64,000 bases of DNA from Eledone cirrhosa (Eukaryota), in assembly GCA_964016885.1 (NCBI GenBank), contig OZ024758.1:30504001-30568000 (forward strand). The letters run 5' to 3'. Both the position numbers and the translations under genes were made by a program. Positions 28,201 through 39,346 of this stretch are shown one piece after another (the stretch's first letter is position 1; each line of letters starts with the position of its first letter). Below the pieces are notes generated by a model. It was not told the DNA's origin and searched no databases. It saw only the letters and a program-made list of their open reading frames with translations.

Positions 28201-28948
28201 ATAACTAATAATTGATATGGTGGATTGTAATAACTAATAATTGATAAGGTGGATTGTAATAACTAATAATTGATATGGTGGATTGTAATAATTAATAATA
28301 GATATGGTGGATTGTAATAACTAATAATTGATAAGGTGGATTGTAATAACTAATAATTGATATGGTGGATTGTAATAACTAATAATTGATATGAATTGTA
28401 ATAACTAATAATTAATAAGGTGGATTGTAATAACTAATAATTGATACGGTGGATTGTAATAACTAATAATTGATATGGTGGATTGTAATAACTAATAATT
28501 GATATGGTGGGTTGTAATAACTAATAATTATTATGGTGGATTGTAATAACTAATAATTGATATGGTGGATTGTAATAACTAATAATTGATATGGTGGATT
28601 GTAATAACTAATAATTGATATGGTGGATTGTAATAACTAATAATTATTATGGTGGATTGTAATAACTAATAATTGATATGGTGGGTTGTAATAACTAATA
28701 ATTATTATGGTGGATTGTAATAACTAATAATTGATAAGGTGGATTGTAATAACTAATAATTGATATGGTGGATTGTAATAATTAATAATTGATAAGGTGG
28801 ATTGTAATAACTAATAATTGATACGGTGGATTGTAATAACTAATAATTAATATGGTGGATTGTAATAACTAATAAATTAATAAGGTGGATTGTAATAACT
28901 AATAATTGATATGGTGGATTGTAATAACTAATAATTAATATGGTGGAT
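25296..28948. repeat. 29-bp satellite array, roughly 125 copies
   Basis: Unit ggattgtaataactaataattgatatggt with recurrent variants. Confidence 0.98.
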
Positions 28949-29066
28949 TTTATATAGTTCATAAAACTCCTTTCTTTAAAAACACTTTAACATATTACAA
29001 AAGTTTCCTTATATATACTGCTATGCCTTTACCATTCTTACTTTTTTGGTCATAACCTCTGTTTTG

Positions 29067-29109
<43 letters not shown>

Positions 29110-29155
29110 GAAGTAACAGGAGGCTGGACTGGTGTAAATCCTTGAAAAGTTTATT

Positions 29156-29213
29156 ATACTATGATCATTTCAATGATCGGGTTCCATATGAATCCGTTGA
29201 TATCATCAGGTAT
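29156..29213 (-). ncRNA. Type I hammerhead ribozyme motif
   Basis: Minus strand reads atac CTGATGA ...imperfect stem II... GAAA tgatca TA gtat. Confidence 0.75.
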
Positions 29214-30342
29214 TGTAATATAACAACGGAATATGTAAAAAGCCATGGGTCCGAAAAACCATGGGTCCGAGAAACCAGAAGCAGAGAAGGCGGCTGACCA
29301 CTAGCCTCACAGCCAGCCGCCCTCAAAGTGTTGGCAACCGAAAAACTACCAGGGAACATCTGGTAAGGGGACGCAGGCCTATCATGTACTACCACCACTC
29401 CGTCAAAGAAGAAGGGGAAGAAAGAAAGAAAGGGAGAAAGAAGTGTAGTGTAAGGGTCAAAATACATTCATGTTAGAAAATGCCGCGAAAAGAATGCTAC
29501 CCAAAGAATTTATAATGGGTGTCTGTATGGTCTAATGTGTGAACCGAAGATTGGAACGTTAAACTTATGTTGCGAGTTATAGGATGAAATAAATTAAATT
29601 AAAAATATTATATTGCAAAATGGTAAATTGAAAAATAGAGGCAGCGAGATTTATTTATTTAACGAACTTACGGAGAGAGTCTTATATGAAATTTTTTTTT
29701 TATTTAACTCGATAAGATATTAGGATGGTATATAGAGTAAAGATTTTGATTGAGAGTCCCAGCCAGCACACCCACCACCATGAGTCAGCCAGTCTCGAGT
29801 GGTATCGTCCAGCGAAAGAAAGGGAAATTAATTTTTCAGAGTACTCTAGGAACGTAACTAACTTTGGCCCCGGGATCGCTAGCGGGAACCCCACAATTTC
29901 GACGGGCCATCGTCTATACCACGAATACTATTAAATCACACATTAGGGGTTTATTTACGTGTCAATAGAGGCATGATACAGCTAATAGTTGTGCCCAAAC
30001 CTGGAGTTTGTAGGTACAGGTATAATTAGGCTGCCAAAACAGGCGGCGCGGTGGGACTGGGGCAGAGCAAGCCACTCCGAGTAATTTCATTTACCGAAAG
30101 AGGAGAAATTTATTTTTCCGAGCACTCAAGGAAGGCTGAACTTTCCGAGTGCCCAGCGCGCAGCCGGGAAAAAGCCACCACACAAGTCAAACAATGAAAA
30201 GTGCAAATAGATCAAAATTATTCAACACTTTGAGGGCGGCTGGCTGTGAAGCTAGTGGTCAGCCGCCTTCGCTGTCTCTGGTTTCTCGGACCCATGGTTT
30301 TTCGGACCCATGGCTTTTTACATATTCCTTTGTTATATTCCA

Positions 30343-30400
30343 AAACCTGATGATATCACCGGATTCATATGGAACCCAGTCATTGAAATGATCATAGTAT
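30343..30400 (+). ncRNA. Type I hammerhead ribozyme motif
   Basis: aaac CTGATGA (30347-30353) ... GAAA (30385-30388) tgatca TA gtat; one stem I mismatch. Confidence 0.7.
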
Positions 30401-30594
30401 AATAAACTTTTCAAGGATTTACACCAGTCTAGCCTCCTGTTACTTCATTTATAATTAAATCCGTATTCGCACCACCAACTACACAAACGAAGATGGCTGA
30501 ACTGCACTGCGTTGAGTACTCTCCACAATATTACACTAGGATTGACCATACGGAATGACCAGTTCTATCCAGTGGTGAACCAACAAACCTTAAG

Positions 30595-30650
<56 letters not shown>

Positions 30651-31242
30651 GAAAAATGGCGTGCTGCGTTGTTGCAAATGGGATAGATATGAATAAAATT
30701 AGAACAAGAAGCCAGGACTGTCCGTCATCAGTGATCTTCCAGCCATCATCGGTATTTCTTCGCAGTAAAGACCATATACCTCAGGCTGGTGCGAGCAATA
30801 ACTAAAACAAGTTAATGGGACAAGTAGAATTGGGTGTAGAAAGCGAGACATGTAAACAAACAGAGATGGTAATAGCAACGGGAAGAGAGGGTCGTACCAG
30901 ATTACGATTTGAATACATATCTGTATATATCTGTGTATATCTGTATATATCTGTGTTCGTTTTTCTTTTACATTCTATCATAATATACGGCTCGGAAATA
31001 TCTCTTTCTTAGAGCTATTTTGTTGTGAGAGACTATTTTGAGTTCCTAACTCAATATATACCTTTGATATATTCGGCTCCGTTAATTTGTTGAGCTATTC
31101 CAAATGTCGAATAAACCTGGCTGCTATTTTTAGTGGTGTAAGTTTGTGAGACGCGCTAGTATGCCATGTGCACTAAATGTTTTTATATATAGCACACTAT
31201 TTAGTTTCTTAATATGCTTAGAAGTGTCTAGGATACTAATTC

Positions 31243-31320
31243 ATCACCCACTGATGAGCTTGAATTGGTAATTCTATTCACAATTAACATTGCGAAAAAA
31301 CAACAAGTTGTCTGGGTGAT
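31243..31320 (+). ncRNA. Type I hammerhead motif with an A-run expansion in GAAA
   Basis: atcaccca CTGATGA gc...gc GAAAAAA caac-aa-gttg TC tgggtgat: 8-bp stem I, GTC site. Confidence 0.7.
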
Positions 31321-31496
31321 CGGTAGTTACCACAATTCCGGTTTGTATTTATTTTCTTGATTTTTTTCTTAAATTACGACAAGCAACAAACCCAATTGCC
31401 TATAGTTAGTATTCTTTTCACCTTAGCGAATCTGGTCCCTTACGATTTGAACACATATATGTATATATCTGTGTTCGTTTTTCTTTTTCTTTTATA

Positions 31497-31864
31497 TTCT
31501 ATTATAATATATAATTATATATTCGTGTACAGATATTTTTGCATACACAATAACAAAATATAAACAAAAGTATTTATTTCGCGATAAAGTATTGATTTTC
31601 TTCGCACGGAAAAAACCCCTGGTAATCTACGACGAATTTCTTTTATAAGCACAAAATGTAGACACCATCCCGAGGCCGAGGTATTCCGTACTTCTCTGTA
31701 CTGTCATTTATATATATGTAATTATATATTCGTGTACAGATATTTTTGCATACACAATAACAAAATATAAACAAACGTATATATTTCATGAGGCTCGATA
31801 AGGATAAATCAAATATATAAGAACCCTAGAGCAAATCCCGAGCAACGCCGGGCCATTCTGCTAG
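31497..31864 (+). mobile_element. Non-autonomous Helitron-like element (3' end clear, 5' end tentative)
   Basis: Subterminal hairpin cccgagcaacgccggg followed by CTAG|T at 31861-31865; internal duplication 31508-31586 / 31712-31788. Confidence 0.6.
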
Positions 31865-33139
31865 TCTATTCTAAATGTAATTTAGATCTCATTGAAGAAG
31901 AAGCGGAACTGATGACGAAATATTGTTGTACATCTTAAGTCGTTAAATACATCAGCTTTTGTCATATGGATATTTTGAGGGAATCATAATTTTGTTTGAA
32001 GTTGATGTTTTTAGCCCCGATTGTGTGGATTTGTCTTTGTTTTTAAGATATAGTTTTTCTAGAGTTAGGCTTTCCAGAGTGTCGTGTCATTCCTTAGGAT
32101 GGTAGCTATGTAAAACTAAATTCTCTTTCCGTCTTTGGTCTTCCCCTGTAAGTCGGCACTCCAGTAGCCAGGTTCATCAGGGAACAAAGATTGATCCTCT
32201 TATTAAGGCCCGCTTCTCTAAACTGGATTCAATAATAGATTTTCTTTTACCTCCTACCATAAACAACCTCACCAAATTGTTAGCCTTGTGCCTAAATCAG
32301 AAACCGTTATTACGTGTCAGCTTGAATGCATGCATTCTATTTTATTTCAACATTTAGATTGCATCTTTACATCTTTATGTCATATAAACCCCTTTTTAAA
32401 TAAGAGCAAGTGTCGTTTATATATATTTCCTTCGTAAAAGAGAAAAAAATAACCCCGAATATTATATAACGTTTTGAACGTCGTTTTGGTTCGATTACAA
32501 GTATAATGGCGCCGTCGATATAGTAAAACAACAACTAAAAGTGGAAGAGAGCGAATATTTTAACACAAAGCAGAAAAACATAAACAAGTGTAGAAGTCAC
32601 CATATGAGAGGTTTAGTAATGGAGTCAGTTTCTCTTGCATAGCCCCCGTCGAAAACAGAACAATGACATCACTTTGAGAGCTTAATACGAAAGGTTGTTG
32701 AATCTATCGTATTTCTAGGTAGATATTAGGAATTACTGGATCAAAGATAAGTGATGTTTATAAAAACGCAAATATAAGCTTGATATAAACATGTGAGAAG
32801 GTATACAGAGATATATGATAAAATGATATATGAAGCTAGAAAGCTGTCTGCAATTGCGAAGATACAAAGTTATTTATGAAGGTATAAAGTGCTGGAAAGA
32901 AGATTCACGCTATAATAAATTGATAGAAAAATCATCTTCTTCTTCTTTTCTTCTTCTTTTCTTCTTCTTCTTCTTGGGAAGGTTAAGGGGGTAGATTCCT
33001 CAAACCGCTTCTAGGAGGTCATCTCCAATTGATCCAAATGGATCTTAAAACGAAACCAGCCGAGCAGTGTGAATATTTGGTTCGGGGCACAAACTACACT
33101 ATTCATCAGAGGTGCCGGCTACTCGGTAGAGCCAGCTCA

Positions 33140-33309
33140 GTCAGGGAATACTTCTTTAATAGAGACCAGTAAACATAAATAATACGATAGATAATGAATA
33201 TACATATACAGACACACATATATATATATATAAATATATATATATATATTCATTATCTATCGTATTATTTATCTGTTTACTGGTCTCTATTAAAGAAGTA
33301 TTCCCTGAC
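33140..33309. repeat. About 62-bp inverted repeat enclosing a TA/CA microsatellite
   Basis: gtcagggaatacttctttaatagagaccagtaaac... and its reverse complement at 33244-33309. Confidence 0.85.
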
Positions 33310-33322
33310 ATTTTTTTCAATT

Positions 33323-33366
<44 letters not shown>

Positions 33367-33589
33367 GAAATAATGTGAAGAATAACATGGTCAACAGTAC
33401 AAAAAAAGGGAATTTATTTACAGTCTAATAATTGTTTCTCTGATTGAGTTGTCTAAAAATTGCTGAACACTAGAAGCAGTGCCATTCAATTTTAAATACG
33501 ATGCTAGCTCAATCATGTCATCAGAACTGTTATAAAAAAATATATATAACCGGCAAATCTACAAATTCAAATTACAGCATCAATAATAA

Positions 33590-34324
33590 TTGTTTCTACT
33601 ATCTAAGCTATTCCATGATTTGCTCCTGTATAATGGGCAAATTCCTTTCATGTCCAGTTCTATAATTTGCCCATTATACAGGAGAAAATCATGGAATAGC
33701 TTAGATAGGGCTAGAAATAAGATAGGGAAAGCCACCTCATGGTACGACAACCAGAGATACCAGAGTGTCATGTTTGTGGACGCTACCCCTGGAGGGAAAT
33801 TAGCTAACCAGTGTAGAAAGGCCCTGAGAAAGACCCACTTAAAGATTAAGGTGGTAGAAAAGCCAGGAACCACCACAAAATCCCTGATCAGCAAAACCTA
33901 CCCTTTTAAGAAAATCCACTGTACTAATAGGAAATGTATCATATGTAAGGTAAACCCCCGGATAAACTGTAAAACTAGAAACGTAGTCTATAGCATAAGA
34001 TGTACAGAGGGTACTTTCAGAAACATGACAACAACATACATAGGCGAGACAGCTCGTAGCATAGGTGAAAGGATAGACCAACACTGGGGGGAACTAAAAG
34101 GACGAAAAAACGGTTCAGTACTATACGAACATGCCAGACAACAACACGACGGTAACATAGACAACATAGAAATTAGAATAATATCTAAACATAGAAATGA
34201 CCCAGCAGATAGGCAAATCAGAGAAGCCAGTGAAATAGAACTTAGAAGGCCAAGACTAAACAGAAAGAATGAATGGAATAACAATAACACCCAAACAAAC
34301 AACACTGACCTACGAGAAGTATAA
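33590..34324 (+). CDS. 5'-truncated Penelope-like element ORF: linker plus GIY-YIG endonuclease
   Basis: Uninterrupted frame FVDATPGG...KVVEKPG...CTNRKCIIC...NCKTRNVVYSIRC...YIGETARSIGERIDQH...LYEH..QQH...RQIREA..I...LNRKNEW. The N-terminal part derives from an inversion, so the start is not a native start. Confidence 0.88.
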   Translation: MFLLSKLFHDLLLYNGQIPFMSSSIICPLYRRKSWNSLDRARNKIGKATSWYDNQRYQSVMFVDATPGGKLANQCRKALRKTHLKIKVVEKPGTTTKSLISKTYPFKKIHCTNRKCIICKVNPRINCKTRNVVYSIRCTEGTFRNMTTTYIGETARSIGERIDQHWGELKGRKNGSVLYEHARQQHDGNIDNIEIRIISKHRNDPADRQIREASEIELRRPRLNRKNEWNNNNTQTNNTDLREV

Positions 34325-34581
34325 ATAAATAAATAGATAAATAAATAAATACATACACAAGTACAATAACAACAAACGCATATAAACACACACTAGTAAA
34401 GATAGAATACATTAACCAATACACAGTCACCCAATCACGAACACACATCAAACAAAACACTATACACACACGCAAACGCATGCGCAAAGAAGACAAAATA
34501 AAATAAACAAATAAATAAATATATAAACATACTAAATAAAGATGGCGTAGAAAATACAATGCAGCGGGAGGAAACAATAGC

Positions 34582-34623
34582 ACCACTGACGATGTTGCAG
34601 ATGTGCAACGAAAGAACTTTGAT
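34582..34623 (+). ncRNA. Minimal hammerhead motif in the 3' pseudo-LTR of the GIY-YIG element
   Basis: acca CTGACGA t gttgca-gatg-tgcaac GAAA g-aa-c TT tgat: perfect 6-bp stem II, one mismatch in stem I. Confidence 0.7.
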
Positions 34624-34824
34624 AAACTATATATATGTGTTTGTGTCTATATTGTATCTGTATTATTTTTGACCGTCGGTCAGTCAATGGCAACATTGAG
34701 GACCGAATAAATTAGATCACCGATATAAAAGACACAGAAGCGAAAAGCGAAAACCAACCAAACAGTGAGTGTGTTCTGTTATTAATTCTGACAATATTAT
34801 ACAAATATGACTCTCCGCAAGTAT

Positions 34825-34892
<68 letters not shown>

Positions 34893-36525
34893 CCACATTG
34901 GGAGGTATACGGAGGTATGTATAAAGATATACAGTGATAGATTAGTAGATAGATATAGAGATAGGGAGCTATATTTAGAGAAAGCTAGCAATTTTAGTTA
35001 ACACTTTTAAAGAAGTTTATAGAGAAACATACATACATTTCCAATTACGTAATTACAACTGACAGACGATAATGGCGAAAAACACAAGTAGTAAATAACT
35101 GGACAGAAAAAGGCGGAAGCATTTTAAATTAGATAAAACGGCAATCTTCTTTGTTTAAGATGTCTTTCAGAACATTTCTGATTACAATGAAAAAGAGAAA
35201 TAAAAAATACGATAAATTATAAAATAATTGTGAAAAAAACATAGAACAAAAATGCTGTTTCTGTTAAGATAGATTGAATTAAAATTAAACAAATATATAT
35301 AAAGTTTTAAAAGGATGTTGAAATAGAGTGAGTGCTGCAGAGGTAAGCTTTGTGTAAGCCAAATCTGTAATTTGATGTTAATCCTCAGTTGTATCCAGTT
35401 TACTATTTTACTTCTTTTACGTCAGAAATGCTCTTAAGAAAGCCGCCAATCATTTTTCTCACCCTTATAAACCCGAGAATTTCACTATAGAATTGCTAAA
35501 TGTTTAAATGTTTAACTATTCTGAGACCTGTTTTTGACAAGGGTATATAAATAAATAAACACAGGAAAAACAATGAAACTGACAGGAAATGTAAGATTAT
35601 AGAATCCTGTCTTATCCAACCGAACCCGAATTTAGGCTATGATAAAAGTTTTTTCCCATCGATTGCAATTATCAGCATTCTGTAATAGAGGAAATACGAA
35701 AATCCTGTCAAAAAGAGCCATGGAAGACTCTAGTGAATTTCAAGTGTGGAAACAAAAAAGAGAGAGAATAGATAGACGAAAGTATCTGTCAAAACCTGAG
35801 TCTGTTTAACTCGTAGGATATTTCAGAGAAAGTAAATCGATTCATACAAGACACATCCTGCATACACGACAGCAGGAAAATATTGACATGGACGTAGCAT
35901 TTCAAAATGAATCTGATCAGGTTTTTCTTGACATACCATGTAAAACTACAAGCAAACAAACTGGAAATAATTATCCAAATCAGGAATACCAACATTTCTG
36001 AGTTCTTTTTAAAAATTTTATTTGAAAATATTTTTATTTAGTTCCCACATAGTTACACAATTTTCTTAATTATTCAAAAGCAGTATAAAATAATATATAC
36101 CTTCTTTTGCAGTTTACCGTATCTCTCAATCATATCAAATAACTATTAAATACTTTCAAACGACAAATCAGAAAAACAGATCAGATGATTATATTTAAAA
36201 CTAAATGTTTAAAAAAATCTCTCATGACCCTACTTCTATCTAAACTTGCCAGCCAAATAACTTTCAGTCTACAATTTTTGAAATTCTGAATGTTTTGCTT
36301 TTCCAAAATTATATCTCTTGACTGCTTAACAATGTTGATCTTGCATAAAATATCTGATGTTGATATATTTTTTTATTTGCCATAAGAATTCTGACTGTAT
36401 TCAGTGCAAGTCACACACATGTCGACAAAAATTTCTTTTCCAATATTAAAAGTGTTGTGCAAGTCATATCAGCTGAAGAAGAGTGCAATGAATGCTCTTG
36501 AATAAGACAGACGAGAACTTTGCTG

Positions 36526-36569
<44 letters not shown>

Positions 36570-36642
36570 TAAGACATACTAGAACTTTGCTGTTCTATAT
36601 ATATATATATATACACTAAGACATACTAGAACTTTGCTGTTC

Positions 36643-36674
<32 letters not shown>

Positions 36675-36921
36675 TTAGAAACACACAGATACATGCGGAC
36701 ACACACATATATACATGAATGCATCTCTTCATAATGTATATATATATATATATATATTCTAGTCGATCGACTTTCGTCAAATCGGACCGAGGAAAGTATG
36801 TTTCCGTTGGTCTTTCCAATTGCTAATACTATCTATCGGTCGCAACTCCAGGTAGAAGGAGCAACGTGAAATAAAGTGTCTTGCTCAAGGACATAACGCA
36901 TCGCCTGGTTTAGGAATCGAT

Positions 36922-37005
<84 letters not shown>

Positions 37006-37179
37006 TAAGACATACTAGAACTTTGGTGTTCTTTTACTATATAGTTTGTATAAATATTGTACATAGATCTATAGAATATGCATACCAACTCTAACACATA
37101 TATATCCTAGAAACGATCGTAAAATGATGAATTTTTTTAATATAAGGAACTGTTTCTTTGTTTATTCATTATTTTATTA

Positions 37180-37250
<71 letters not shown>

Positions 37251-37253
<3 letters not shown>

Positions 37254-37429
37254 ATAATAATAAATTTGAGGACTAAAATCCAAAGAGGGCTCGATAAGGA
37301 TAAATATATATCAAATATATAAGAACCGTAGAGCAAATATTTATTAAAATAACAGATTAAATTTAAGCAAAGAATCGCTGCTTTCACCCTTAACGGGATC
37401 TGCTTAAACTTTAATCTGTTATTTTAATA

Positions 37430-37433
<4 letters not shown>
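37251..37433. mobile_element. Fold-back element family B in (TA)n
   Basis: Matches 5489-5640, then a short inverted segment; long TA tracts on both sides. Confidence 0.75.
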
Positions 37434-37922
<489 letters not shown>

Positions 37923-38609
37923 TTTTTAAGTAAAAAGAAATTCAAACACACACACACAACACACACACACACACTCAAGCACACAAATAAACATACATAT
38001 CTTTACTTTCTTTATTTCAATAGAAAATCTGAATTCTGACACCCCAGCGATCTAACCATATTCACTGAACCAGAACAATTCTCCCATCCCATTTCTGTTG
38101 ACCATTATATTTTGCTTGTCATAAAATTCTCTAAAAAGGCTACAGAATAAATTTCCAAATACGGGCGCGAAATTTAATGAAAACTTGTTCACGTGACAAC
38201 CATAATTTCATTTATAACCAATCAAATTACGTTTATTAAAAAAAAAGTTTTCGTGAGCCCCTTTTTTTAAAGTAAAAAGAAATTCAAACACTCATATATG
38301 AAAAAACAACCTCAGCCCCCGCACCCTTGTTTGAAGAACTTTGTAACACGAACTGGCACACAATTTATTATACTTATTGACCAACCAATCAAATTACTTC
38401 TCTAAAAACCTGGCGTTTCGAGCCACTTTTTTCCATATAAAACAAGTAACATTCAAAGACCAACCAGATGTGAGAAAAACCACAGACCCTCCATCTCAAC
38501 TCTACTTTTGAAAAGCAGAAGAACTGCGAAACCGGTAAAGGAACCAAATAAATATATATATATTTTTTAAAATAAGACTCCAGTTGCATTTTCTATTTCA
38601 TCTTTTTTT

Positions 38610-38645
<36 letters not shown>

Positions 38646-39159
38646 CAGCAAAGTTCTCGCCTGTCTTATTCAAGAGCATTCATTGCACTGTTCTTCTGGA
38701 CAGAAATAGCCGTCGAAACGGCTTGAGCTCTGCCGTCGGGGTCAAACATTTATATATATATATATATACATATATGAGTATATATTTTTGTATATATTTC
38801 CGTGTATATACATACATTGACACACATACATCACACGCAGACATATATGTATGTGGCTATTTATGTATGAACAAAGTTGTACGTGTGTATATCCATGAAC
38901 ATTTGCGTACTTATACGTGTACACGTACACGTGTACGTATAGTTGTATTTGGGTGTAGAACTAATTTCTCTCTCCCATTCGAAGTTTAGCAGAAAAGGAA
39001 TAAAGCTGGTTCTTTTGATTAGGAATGCCAATGAAATTAAAGAAATGTTTAACATTCATTGGTTGGTGAAATCGACTCCAGTTTCTATTTCCGATAGAAA
39101 TAAACTTTGAAAATGAAGGAATCCAATATTAATTCACTGGTATTATTGGTACTTGAAAC

Positions 39160-39346
39160 TTGGCGGTGGATTGGCAGTATCGCTAGAGGGTCGGACGCCA
39201 TGCTTTCCAGCATAGTTACGTCCCTTTACGATCTGAGTTCAAATCCCGCCGAGGTTGAATTTGCCTTTCATCCTTACGGGGTCGATAAAATAAAGTACCA
39301 GTAATGCACTGGATAATTGATGGCCTTGTGCCTAAAGTAGAAACAA
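39160..39346 (+). mobile_element. tRNA-derived SINE family 1
   Basis: Full length with a 17-bp TSD ttattggt(a/t)cttgaaac. Confidence 0.92.

Larger units (their letters stand above)
29103..30588. mobile_element. PLE-like/retrozyme-like element family C with about 230-bp inverted pseudo-LTRs, between (TA)n tracts
   Basis: Arms 29103-29333 and 30223-30453 are imperfect inverted repeats, each with a hammerhead. Tail runs to 30588. Homologous to 53198-53748. Confidence 0.8.
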
